IMG/VR virus record: IMGVR_UViG_3300035204_001874 | Location: 32,001 to 96,000 of that record | DNA length: 64,000 nucleotides | Source: a virus | Reading direction: 5' to 3' (one strand) | Part shown: one piece after another, positions 1 to 8,590 of the stretch | Position numbering within the stretch: position 1 is the stretch's first letter | How the letters are laid out: each line of letters opens with the position of its first letter | Notes under the pieces: generated by a model | Told to the model about the DNA's origin: nothing | Seen by the model: only the letters and a program-made list of their open reading frames with translations | Database searches by the model: none | Translations under genes and position numbers: made by a program

Positions 1-396
1 CGTCACTGGATAGAGGCGTTAAATAAAAAAATTAAAAATAATAAAAATAATTTGATTAATTCTATCGTCATAATAACAGATGTAAGATACGACGACTATC
101 CTGAAGATGAGGTGTATTGGCTTAAGGAAGAACTAGGGGGTTGCCTTGTTCATATCTCGCTATACGACGTAGTTTGTAGGCTAAATGCTGATTTTAAAAA
201 GTACGTAATGCCCGCAAACGAAGAAGAAGCGAGGAATAACCCTAAATTACAAAACCAAGCCGATTACGTTATCGAATGGCCAAGAGAGGAAAATAAAGCT
301 CTCTTAGGAACCCATATAGACACCTTCCTTGAGTGGCTCAAGAAAAAAGACGACAGATATTCAGCTTACCAAAAAGCTGAAAGAGGAGGGCTGTAA
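1..396 (+). CDS. Deoxynucleoside monophosphate kinase-like protein, C-terminal part (5'-truncated)
   Basis: Frame is open from base 1 (RHWIEALNKK...). IVIITDVRY..EDE..WLK...GG.LVHI resembles the phage dNMP kinase 'vvIsDvRf.nE...i...gG' motif. Confidence 0.6.
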   Translation, partial: RHWIEALNKKIKNNKNNLINSIVIITDVRYDDYPEDEVYWLKEELGGCLVHISLYDVVCRLNADFKKYVMPANEEEARNNPKLQNQADYVIEWPREENKALLGTHIDTFLEWLKKKDDRYSAYQKAERGGL

Positions 397-925
397 CGAA
401 AGCTTTATAGAGCTATCCCAAAGATATGAAAATGTATTTTATAAAATTTGCCAAAAATACAAGAACGCACTACAAAACGTAGGCATCCAACCAGAAGACG
501 TCTACGAAGAGAAAAACGTCGTACTCCTAAAGTGCGCTCTCTCCTTTGATCCTGATAGAAAAACTAAGTTTTCCACTTGGCTGGGTAATTACGCAAAATT
601 TACATGCCTAAACTACATAAACTCAAAAAGGTACATTTTCAACTCTGAAACTGACGAACTTCACAGGTATGTTGAAGAAAACCAACAAGCCCCTACGGTA
701 GAGGTGTTTACAGAAGAATCTAACATTATATTTAGCTGCTTGGGAAGGCTGAGAGACAAAAGAATTAAAAAAATTTTTAAAATGAGGTACTTCTACGTAA
801 GCAAAAAGGAAAGAACGTGGAAATGCATATCTGACGAAATTGGAGTAAGTATTCAGACCGCGATTAATCTCCACAAAAAAGGGCTTACTCTAATAAAGAA
901 TCAGGTGGGAAAAAAAATTAGATAA
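329..925 (+). CDS. Phage-encoded sigma-70 family RNA polymerase sigma factor
   Basis: Region 2 motif SFDPDRKTKFSTWL and region 4 HTH (IFKMRY...TWKCISDEIGVSIQTAINLHKKGL). The TTG start is uncertain. Confidence 0.85.
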   Translation: MSGSRKKTTDIQLTKKLKEEGCNESFIELSQRYENVFYKICQKYKNALQNVGIQPEDVYEEKNVVLLKCALSFDPDRKTKFSTWLGNYAKFTCLNYINSKRYIFNSETDELHRYVEENQQAPTVEVFTEESNIIFSCLGRLRDKRIKKIFKMRYFYVSKKERTWKCISDEIGVSIQTAINLHKKGLTLIKNQVGKKIR

Positions 926-930
926 AACAG

Positions 931-960
931 TTGACACGAAACAAGAACAGAATATACTAT
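931..960 (+). promoter_or_regulatory. Sigma70-type promoter, near-leaderless
   Basis: TTGACA (931-936), 16 bp, TATACT (953-958); ATG at 967. Confidence 0.75.
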
Positions 961-966
961 CCGCCT

Positions 967-1266
967 ATGAACGAATCAGATACAAAACCTCAAGAAAACG
1001 AATGGCAAAAACGCGAGTGTGGAGCTTTGTGGCTAAGGCAAAGTTCAAACCAGAAGTATTTTTCTGGCCACGTCACTCTTCAAGACGAAATGGGAGTGGA
1101 AACCAAGCAAAACCTTGTCATCTTTAGCAATAAACACAAAAAGAAAGATACCCACCCCGACTTCCGAGTCTACAAATCAGAACCCCGACAACAAGATGGC
1201 TCCGCCTCAAACAGCAAGCCAGTTTCAACCGCCGTAGTTGAAGAGGTCGAGGAAGAGTTAATCTAA
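967..1266 (+). CDS. Small DUF736-like protein with acidic tail
   Basis: GALW...KYFSG...IFSNKHKKKDTHPDFRVY pattern; C-terminus VVEEVEEELI. Start reassigned to ATG 967 because the TTG at 931 is the -35 box. Confidence 0.55.
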   Translation: MNESDTKPQENEWQKRECGALWLRQSSNQKYFSGHVTLQDEMGVETKQNLVIFSNKHKKKDTHPDFRVYKSEPRQQDGSASNSKPVSTAVVEEVEEELI

Positions 1267-1272
1267 AAATAT

Positions 1273-2373
1273 ATGAGCACTATAGCTCTTAACATACCCG
1301 TTAACACGGTATCTTTCGGGCAAATATCTACCCTTCTGCTAAGGACTCTTTACAAGCAGTCTTTAGCGGAGGGTAACTCTTTACCTGAAGTAAAAGTATT
1401 CCCTTATGGTGGGCAAGTAGATTTATCTTCTCAGCCTAAAGATGACCTTTTCGAGCTTTGGCTTAAAAAGAAGGTCGATGACGCTTTAGAAAGCCATAAG
1501 AAATCAGACCCATGTTTTAAACTGTGGCACTTGGTTGGCTCCATGGAGTCCTTTTCCTGCGAGCAGTCCCTCTTATCTTTTTACGAGCTAGATTCTCCCA
1601 CTAAAATAGAATTAAACGTCGCAAAAAATAATAAAACTTTTTTCTCCTCCCAATACACCTGCGATATATTTAAAAGCTCTGGCGTTGACTGCGGGTTTAT
1701 GCCGTTAGCTTTTGATGATTTTAACTTCAAAAAGACGGACAAGAAGTACTTTGACGACGAAAGAATAACGTTCACCTTAGTAGGTAAACTTGAGAAAAGG
1801 AAAAGGCACGAAAAAGTCCTAAGGTCTTGGGCCAAAAAGTTCGGTAACAATAAAAACTATTTTTTAAACTGCGCTCTTTACAATCCGTTCCTGCAAGCGG
1901 ACCAAAACAATGGGTTCATTCATCAAGCTCTAGAGGGGAAGCAGTACTTTAATATTAATTTTGTAAGCTTCATGGGCGAAAACCAAGTCTACAATGATTT
2001 TTTAAATTCTGGAGACATCGTAGTAGGAATGTCAGGTGGAGAAGGGTGGGGGCTTCCTGAGTTTCATACGGTTGCAATGGGTAAGCACGGAGTGATAATG
2101 AATGCTCACGGATACAAAGGGTGGGCTAACGATAAAAACTGCGTACTTGTTGATCCCTCTGGAAAATTAGATTCTGCGGACGGTTTATTTTTTCAAAAGG
2201 GGAATAACCACAACCAAGGGCAAATTTTCGATTTTAGTGAGGATGATTTCATATCTGCTTGCGAAAAAGCTATTGAAAGGCACAAAGACTCGCCCACCAA
2301 TAAAGAAGGTCTTAAGCTCCAAAAATCTTTTTCAAAAGAGAAACTGCTTAAAAACATACTATCAACATTATGA
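1273..2373 (+). CDS. Glycosyltransferase, GT-B fold (GT4-like)
   Basis: FTLVGKLEKRKRHE and SGGEGWGLPEFHTVAMGK motifs; the second Glu of the E-x7-E motif is His. Confidence 0.8.
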   Translation: MSTIALNIPVNTVSFGQISTLLLRTLYKQSLAEGNSLPEVKVFPYGGQVDLSSQPKDDLFELWLKKKVDDALESHKKSDPCFKLWHLVGSMESFSCEQSLLSFYELDSPTKIELNVAKNNKTFFSSQYTCDIFKSSGVDCGFMPLAFDDFNFKKTDKKYFDDERITFTLVGKLEKRKRHEKVLRSWAKKFGNNKNYFLNCALYNPFLQADQNNGFIHQALEGKQYFNINFVSFMGENQVYNDFLNSGDIVVGMSGGEGWGLPEFHTVAMGKHGVIMNAHGYKGWANDKNCVLVDPSGKLDSADGLFFQKGNNHNQGQIFDFSEDDFISACEKAIERHKDSPTNKEGLKLQKSFSKEKLLKNILSTL

Positions 2374-3080
2374 CTCCAGAAATAATCATTAGGTCTTTTT
2401 CTGACGACCAATACACGTTAGATAAAATCTTTTACTCCAACTATTACAGGATAAAAAACTTCGAAGAAGAGGAGTCGGTAGTAGTAGATGTCGGTGCTCA
2501 CTGTGGGTATTTTTCTATATTGTGCGCCATGAGGGGTGCCAAAAAAATTTACAACGTTGAACCCTTCATAGAAAATTATCGCGTCCTACTAAAGAACACA
2601 GACTCTTTCACAGAAAAGGTGGAGAATCTAAAACTCGGAGTTTACACAGAAAATAAGCTCGCTAAATTAGCTTATCCAAAATTTGAAAATAACTTTTTCT
2701 TTTTTAGTAGGGTGGGCTTTGATTCTTCAGCGGAACTTTTTGACTTAAATTCCTTTGTAACGCTAGACACCTTGATTGAGGCGACGAGCGAAACAAAAAT
2801 TACTTTATTAAAAATTAATATTGGTTATGCCGAAGTAGACATACTCAAATCTTCAACTCACATTGATAAGTGTGAATATGTCTGCGGAGAAATCAAAGGT
2901 GGAGAAGAAAAAATGACCTCACTAACCGAATATATGACTAGTAGGGGTTTCAAGGATTCCTTCTTCGCCAAAACCTCAAAAGAAGAAGACGTTAACGTCT
3001 TTATTTTTGCTAAAGACAAGTGCGAGGAACTTTTTGAATTTACTCCACCCAACGAGACGGAAAGCGATGCTAAAGAGTAA
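2370..3080 (+). CDS. FkbM-family SAM-dependent methyltransferase
   Basis: VVVDVGAHCGYFS SAM motif, NVEPFIENY, TLDTL, LLKINIGYAEVDIL. Confidence 0.8.
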   Translation: MTPEIIIRSFSDDQYTLDKIFYSNYYRIKNFEEEESVVVDVGAHCGYFSILCAMRGAKKIYNVEPFIENYRVLLKNTDSFTEKVENLKLGVYTENKLAKLAYPKFENNFFFFSRVGFDSSAELFDLNSFVTLDTLIEATSETKITLLKINIGYAEVDILKSSTHIDKCEYVCGEIKGGEEKMTSLTEYMTSRGFKDSFFAKTSKEEDVNVFIFAKDKCEELFEFTPPNETESDAKE

Positions 3081-3454
3081 TGCCAACGTATCTATTTCAA
3101 CACCCCAAAACCGACGAGATAATCGAGGTTGTTCAGAGAATGCAAGACCCTCACACTTTTGTTGATAAGGCGGGAGTTGAATGGGTGAGAGTTTTTACTA
3201 GCCCAAACGCCGCAGTTACTGATAATTTAATTAGTGCTGATACGTCAGAATCTGAATTTGTAAGAAAAACGGCAGAAAAAAATTACTCACTAGGTGACAT
3301 GTGGAACTTATCCGCAGAACTTAGTGAGAAGAGAAAAAGAGTCAACGGAAATGACCCGATCAAAGAAAAAGAAAAGAAACGCTATGAAAAACGAACAGGA
3401 AAAAAACACCCCCACTCAGGAGGAAGCGGAAGCGGTGGAAGCATCTCCATCTGA
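3080..3454 (+). CDS. FmdB-like small phage protein (cysteine-less)
   Basis: MPTYLF....EIIEV N-terminus and W.RVF.SP resemble the FmdB-type family; no CxxC pairs. Confidence 0.5.
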   Translation: MPTYLFQHPKTDEIIEVVQRMQDPHTFVDKAGVEWVRVFTSPNAAVTDNLISADTSESEFVRKTAEKNYSLGDMWNLSAELSEKRKRVNGNDPIKEKEKKRYEKRTGKKHPHSGGSGSGGSISI

Positions 3455-4463
3455 TGGTCAAGTTGATGACCACTCCGCCAAATCAATGGTAGCTCAAGGG
3501 GAGGACGTTCGACAAATTTTAGCCGCTGTTGAGACTGACAAAAAGACCTCAACAGATGGGTTAAAAAATTGCTACAACAAACTAGAAGTACGGTCATCAT
3601 CTATTGAGGGCTTTGGCGTTTTCGCTACCGCTGACATTAAAAAGGGTGAAATTCTAGAGGAAATACCATTTATTCTTTGGCCCCGCTATACTCTTCTGGG
3701 GGGCAAAATTTATCAAGCATTAAGAGGCAAAGATGACAATGGACCAGACTGGGTCTGTGATCGCGAAAAACATAACGAAGATATCTTGACCATGTTTGGG
3801 TTTAAAACGCCAGAAAAATACTATTTCAAATGGCACCCCCCACATCAAGACATTCACTTTAGCGTAATCCCTTTAGGCTTTGGTCCAATATACAACTCTT
3901 CAAACACAGACAACAACGCGGGGTGGCAAGCCAAAGAAAAAACCTTCGTATTTGTTTCCACTAGAGATATTAAAAAAGGCGAGGAAATATGTACCTTCTA
4001 CGGGTATTTTCTTTCTGAGCAGGGCGCGATATTCGGCGTTACAGACGTTTTAGGTTTAGGGGTAGACAAGTCCACTAAAGACGGACATACCTACTTAAGA
4101 TGTGTGAGGTTTGTAGGCCCAGAAGATATACAGATGAAAACTAATGATGCTGGATATCAAAAAATCAACTCTCTTTTAGGGGAAGCGAAAAAGAGCGGAG
4201 CAGAAGGGTTAAAAGTAAGAAGGATCAATATAGTAGAGAACGGTGAAGACAAGCATGTTTTTGATTTTCCTGAAAAATGGACAATCCACAATACCTACCT
4301 GAAGCTTAAGGAATTTAGGTTTTCAAGATTTAAAAATATAAAACTTCTTCTTACTTACGAAGAATCTTCTGAAAAAGAGGCCAACGACAAGAGGAGAGCA
4401 AAGAAAGAGCAAATAGTAGAGTTGGGAGAAGAAGTTGTAATTACTAATTTCAATGGTGTATGA
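3384..4463 (+). CDS. SET-domain protein (putative protein-lysine methyltransferase)
   Basis: LEVRSSSIEGFGVFATADIKKGE, GFGPIYNSS and RDIKKGEEICTFYG match SET motifs. Start uncertain (3351, 3384 or 3486). Confidence 0.8.
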   Translation: MKNEQEKNTPTQEEAEAVEASPSDGQVDDHSAKSMVAQGEDVRQILAAVETDKKTSTDGLKNCYNKLEVRSSSIEGFGVFATADIKKGEILEEIPFILWPRYTLLGGKIYQALRGKDDNGPDWVCDREKHNEDILTMFGFKTPEKYYFKWHPPHQDIHFSVIPLGFGPIYNSSNTDNNAGWQAKEKTFVFVSTRDIKKGEEICTFYGYFLSEQGAIFGVTDVLGLGVDKSTKDGHTYLRCVRFVGPEDIQMKTNDAGYQKINSLLGEAKKSGAEGLKVRRINIVENGEDKHVFDFPEKWTIHNTYLKLKEFRFSRFKNIKLLLTYEESSEKEANDKRRAKKEQIVELGEEVVITNFNGV

Positions 4464-5410
4464 GGATAAGCGTTAGACTAGAAGGTGGACTAGGAGACCA
4501 CTTATGCGCTACTAGATTTATCCCAGCCATACAAGAAGAGTACCCCGAAGCGGTAATTACAGCGTACTCCGACACTTCTGGCAACTTTTTCCAGAAGGAA
4601 TGCTTAGATATTCTCTACCCTCATCTCTATGACGAAATTAAGGTAATTCCTAGTAAAAAATACGAAGAGTTTTGGATCAATTGTCAGTTCGGGGAAGACG
4701 TAGGCTTTGGTGCTCTAGAGAATATTCCTGATGACTGGGTAAATGAAATGGAATCTTATGAAAAGTTTTACGATCTCCATATCGACTCTCTCAAATGGCT
4801 AGATTACGATTTTGATTGGTATCGGTATTTTAGATTTTTTCCCGCACCGATAATTAAAAAAAATAAAAATAAAGACCCATATATAATATTCCAACTCCAC
4901 ACATCTCGCTCTGGAGAAAAAAACAAAAGCCACTACTTGGAGTCTTGGTACGTAAAAAAGATAATAGATGCACTTAGCGCAGAGTATAAATGTAAAATTA
5001 TCTCGACCCCCGAATTGTTAGATGAATACGAAGAGCTAAGAAAAAACGATAATGTAGAAATAGTGGTGGGGGAAATCGAGCACATAATAAATGAAATTAA
5101 AGACGCCTCCCTCTTCTTGGGGATAGACTCTGGCTTTAGATTCATTGGGTACTCTTTTGGTATACCAGCTATTTTGTTTGGCACTTTCTATGATAGGCCA
5201 AATTGGTGTGCTCCATTTCATCAGATAAGGTGGAGTTTTTTCCCAGAACAATGTTTCCCCCTGCATCACGACAGTAAAGCTATAACTAATTTGGCTTTTA
5301 AAATCATGGAAAACAAAGCATTTTCCCTGTATCCTTTTATCAATGATTTTGATATGGAAATGGTGAGAAGAAAGTGGACCATTAATAAAGAAAGAAGCGT
5401 CCTCGCATGA
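4460..5410 (+). CDS. Glycosyltransferase, GT9 (heptosyltransferase)-like
   Basis: N-terminal GGLGD and C-terminal ASLFLGIDSG...SFGIPAILFG. Confidence 0.65.
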   Translation: MRISVRLEGGLGDHLCATRFIPAIQEEYPEAVITAYSDTSGNFFQKECLDILYPHLYDEIKVIPSKKYEEFWINCQFGEDVGFGALENIPDDWVNEMESYEKFYDLHIDSLKWLDYDFDWYRYFRFFPAPIIKKNKNKDPYIIFQLHTSRSGEKNKSHYLESWYVKKIIDALSAEYKCKIISTPELLDEYEELRKNDNVEIVVGEIEHIINEIKDASLFLGIDSGFRFIGYSFGIPAILFGTFYDRPNWCAPFHQIRWSFFPEQCFPLHHDSKAITNLAFKIMENKAFSLYPFINDFDMEMVRRKWTINKERSVLA

Positions 5411-6012
5411 TAGTAGACTGTTGCAATTTAGAAAATAACCTAGAATTATTAAACGTAAGACTGGGCATCCTAAACCCTTACGTTGATAAGTTTTTGGTTT
5501 TTGACTTTGATAATAACAACCTTCAACACGATAAAGTCTCAGTGATAACAGAACAAAACGACGGTTGGAACTGGGATAACCTAACGAGCCCCCTGCAAAA
5601 CCTAGGGCTAACTTCTGGTGACTTGGTTATCTTCTCAGATGTTAATGAAATTCCCAACTTGTCAGAGCTTGCGGCATTGTCAGAATTTACGAGAGGTGCC
5701 CGCGCTGCCTCTTTTACCAATCTTACCTTCTCTAACTTTTTTAACATGAAATCTTTCGACGTTATAGAAGGCAACAATCAAATAGATAAACTTTCACACA
5801 ATTCTATTGCGTGCTTCTATGAAACATTTAAAATGTGGAACCCGCAAAAAATTTGGGATAAGAGAGCATCCCTATCTAAATTTGACCAAGCTAAAGGCTG
5901 GCGTTTAGAAATTGATGACTCCGCAAACTCTAGAAAAATAGATATCGAAGATTACTTTCCAGATCATTTTGTAGAGGAAAAAGATAAATACAAAAATTTA
6001 ATTAAGCCATGA
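5407..6012 (+). CDS. Divergent GT17-like glycosyltransferase
   Basis: MIVDC....LELLNVRL..L...VDKF and DLVIFSDVNEIP resemble GT17 'MIYDCF..E.dlL.iRl...VD.F' and 'SDvDEIP'. Confidence 0.6.
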   Translation: MIVDCCNLENNLELLNVRLGILNPYVDKFLVFDFDNNNLQHDKVSVITEQNDGWNWDNLTSPLQNLGLTSGDLVIFSDVNEIPNLSELAALSEFTRGARAASFTNLTFSNFFNMKSFDVIEGNNQIDKLSHNSIACFYETFKMWNPQKIWDKRASLSKFDQAKGWRLEIDDSANSRKIDIEDYFPDHFVEEKDKYKNLIKP

Positions 6013-6716
6013 AGCGTGACCCTAACTTTCATAACTTGGCTGGCGGACTTTATCTAACAGAAAAATTCATTTCTATATCAAGGTCTCTCTTAAGGGATGA
6101 AGACGTAGAGGTGATTTTTGATTTAGGTTCTCGTGATGGAGTAGAATCGTTAGCTATTTCCCACCATTACCAAAATGCAAAAATTTACGCTTTTGAATGT
6201 AATTCCGTTACGTTACCATTAGCTCACGAGCTTACGTTGGGTAACCTCAATATAGAAATTGTCGAAAAAGCGGTTTTAAATTACTCTGGCAAAACTAAAT
6301 TTAATGTTGTTGGCCCAGATAATGAAGACTATAACCCAGGAGCTTCCTCTGTATTTCAATTTGGAGAAGAGAAAGAATCTAAATATCAAACCACAACTGA
6401 GGTTGAAGTAGAATGCGTTAGGTTAGATGACTGGATGAAGGAAAACTCTATACCAAAAGTTGACTTAATATGGATGGACCTACAGGGGGCCGAACTTTTA
6501 GCGATGGAGGGACTGGGCAGCTTTTTGAAAAATGTAAAAGTTATCCATACCGAAGTAGAGTTGCGTCAATATTACAAAGACCAACCTCTCGCTAATGAAG
6601 TGGAAGAGTGGTTTGATAGTAGGGGCTTTTCGAAAGTATATGTGAGGCCACATGACTCTGACGCTCTTGATACTGATTATATTTTTGTAAACAGGTCGTT
6701 AATGTCGTCTTGTTAA
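6009..6716 (+). CDS. FkbM-family SAM-dependent methyltransferase
   Basis: IFDLGSRDG, YAFECN, VRLDDW, DLIWMDLQGAELLAMEG, IHTEV. Confidence 0.88.
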   Translation: MKRDPNFHNLAGGLYLTEKFISISRSLLRDEDVEVIFDLGSRDGVESLAISHHYQNAKIYAFECNSVTLPLAHELTLGNLNIEIVEKAVLNYSGKTKFNVVGPDNEDYNPGASSVFQFGEEKESKYQTTTEVEVECVRLDDWMKENSIPKVDLIWMDLQGAELLAMEGLGSFLKNVKVIHTEVELRQYYKDQPLANEVEEWFDSRGFSKVYVRPHDSDALDTDYIFVNRSLMSSC

Positions 6717-6721
6717 ATTTT

Positions 6722-7144
6722 ATGAAAGTATTCACTAATGGCTGTTTCGACGTGCTGCATAGAGCTCACGTAGAATTATTGCTTTATTGCCACAGGCTCG
6801 CTGTCCCTGTTATTGGTGGAGAAGTAATTGTTGGGATAAACTCTGACGAAAGCATCAAAAAACTAAAGGGAGAAGATAGACCGTTCAACCACCAAGTGGA
6901 TAGACAGTTTGTTTTAAAAAGCCTCAAATTCGTAGATAACGTTCACATTTTTGAAGAAGATACTCCTTACGAATTAATAAGAAGAATTAGACCTGACATA
7001 ATAGTTAAGGGTGGAGACTATAAGGAAGAAGACGTGGTTGGAGGTGACCTTTGTGAGGTGATGATTTTCGACTATATAGATGGATACTCAACCACCGACG
7101 CTTTAGAAAGGATGAGTCAATGCCCTCAAGAAAAAAAGTCATAA
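6722..7144 (+). CDS. RfaE/HldE domain II-like adenylyltransferase (ADP-heptose synthesis type)
   Basis: VFTNGCFDVLHRAH, VGINSDESIKKLKGEDRP, RPDIIVKGGDY, GYSTT. Confidence 0.88.
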   Translation: MKVFTNGCFDVLHRAHVELLLYCHRLAVPVIGGEVIVGINSDESIKKLKGEDRPFNHQVDRQFVLKSLKFVDNVHIFEEDTPYELIRRIRPDIIVKGGDYKEEDVVGGDLCEVMIFDYIDGYSTTDALERMSQCPQEKKS

Positions 7145-8190
7145 TCACTGGAGCCCTTGGTCAAGACGGATCGAACATGTCGGATTACCTTTTAAGCAAG
7201 GGGTACAAAGTTTACGGCATGATGAGGCGTTCTGCTACTCCAAATTTCAGCAACATAAAAGAAGCACTCAAGAATTCTCGCTTCGAACTTGTTGATGGAG
7301 ATTTAACGGATGAAGTTTGCATATCTAATCTCATAAAAAAAATCAAGCCTTCTTACCTTGTGAATTTTGGTGCGAATTCTTTTGTCGGGTGCAGTTGGAA
7401 CATGCCCCTACAGGTTTTTGACACCAACGCCTTAGGAGTTATAAGATGTCTAGAGGCAATCAAAACTCACAAACCTAATTGCAGATTCTATAGTGCTGGA
7501 AGCAGTGAAGAATTTGGAGACGTTGATTACAGCCCGCAAGATATTCTTCACCCACTTAAACCTAGAAGCCCCTATGGAGCTTCAAAATGTGCTGCTCGAC
7601 ACGCAGTAAAAGTATATAGAGAAAGTTACAATATATATGCTGTTCACGGAGTCCTTTTCAATCACGAAGGAGTGAGGAGAGGCGAAGAATTTGTTACTAG
7701 AAAAATTTCAAAGGGAGCCTCTCGAATTTATCACGAAATGAGGGATGTAGATAAATGGAGAAAGCGTAATGGGGGAATCCCCAAATTTGACCCAATAGAA
7801 CTTGGGAATCTTGACGCAAAAAGAGACTGGAGCGATAGTGAAGATTTTGTTCGAGGAGTATGGTTAATGCTAAACCGAAAAACGCCGAAAGATTATGTTC
7901 TCGCCAGCGGAGAAACTCATTCGATTAGAGAGTTCGTGGAAGAAGCCTTCCTCTGCCTTAAGATAGACGGTAAGTGGGTCGGCAAAAATGAAAATACGAC
8001 CTTTGTTCACGCTTGGCACAATGAAAAGCTCGCCTTGGTGAAGGTCAACCCAGAATTCTATAGACCAGCAGAAGTCGAGCTTTTAATTGGCGATTCTTCC
8101 CCAATTAGAAAGGAATTAAAATGGAAACCTAAAACAAATTTTAAAGAACTCGTTCAGAAGATGGTTAAATATGATTTGAAAAATCCTTGA
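7120..8190 (+). CDS. gmd: GDP-mannose 4,6-dehydratase
   Basis: ITGALGQDGS, SSEEFG, PRSPYGASK, FNHEGVRRGEEFVTRKI, LGNLDAKRDW, YRPAEVELLIGD. Confidence 0.95.
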   Translation: MPSRKKVIITGALGQDGSNMSDYLLSKGYKVYGMMRRSATPNFSNIKEALKNSRFELVDGDLTDEVCISNLIKKIKPSYLVNFGANSFVGCSWNMPLQVFDTNALGVIRCLEAIKTHKPNCRFYSAGSSEEFGDVDYSPQDILHPLKPRSPYGASKCAARHAVKVYRESYNIYAVHGVLFNHEGVRRGEEFVTRKISKGASRIYHEMRDVDKWRKRNGGIPKFDPIELGNLDAKRDWSDSEDFVRGVWLMLNRKTPKDYVLASGETHSIREFVEEAFLCLKIDGKWVGKNENTTFVHAWHNEKLALVKVNPEFYRPAEVELLIGDSSPIRKELKWKPKTNFKELVQKMVKYDLKNP

Positions 8191-8215
8191 CTCTCTTTCA
8201 AATAGAGAGTATCAT
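8187..8215 (+). promoter_or_regulatory. Sigma70-type promoter of the recombination/replication operon
   Basis: TTGACT (8187-8192, overlapping the gmd TGA stop), 17 bp, TATCAT (8210-8215); ATG at 8225. Contains the inverted repeat ACTCTCT-N7-AGAGAGT. Confidence 0.65.
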
Positions 8216-8224
8216 ACCTCATGA

Positions 8225-8590
8225 ATGAAAGAGAAAGGCACAGCCCCAAAGGGATTCTACCATTTTATGGTACAGAGATTTTTGAAGGAGGATAAGGAGT
8301 TGACTCCCAGAGTGTGGGCTAGGGAAATTAAAATAGCAAAAAAAATTTTTAATTCATACCCTAATGTGTATTTTTGGAATCAAGTAGACCTTGGTTTTCC
8401 GTTAAATTCTCTAGCTTGGTTTTGCTCCCCCGAAGGGAAGTACGCCTTGATCATTCAGCGTAAGAAAATCAGCTATAAGCCAAAAAAGAATAAGACTTAC
8501 GAGTTGTCAAAAAAAATTGGCAAAAACAAAGAGATAACGAAAAGAAAAAAAACATTAATGGATTTTCTAAATGAGCAAAAAAAGAATTAG
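8225..8590 (+). CDS. Hypothetical basic protein
   Basis: 121-aa ORF directly after the promoter, overlapping the recA start. Confidence 0.7.
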   Translation: MKEKGTAPKGFYHFMVQRFLKEDKELTPRVWAREIKIAKKIFNSYPNVYFWNQVDLGFPLNSLAWFCSPEGKYALIIQRKKISYKPKKNKTYELSKKIGKNKEITKRKKTLMDFLNEQKKN

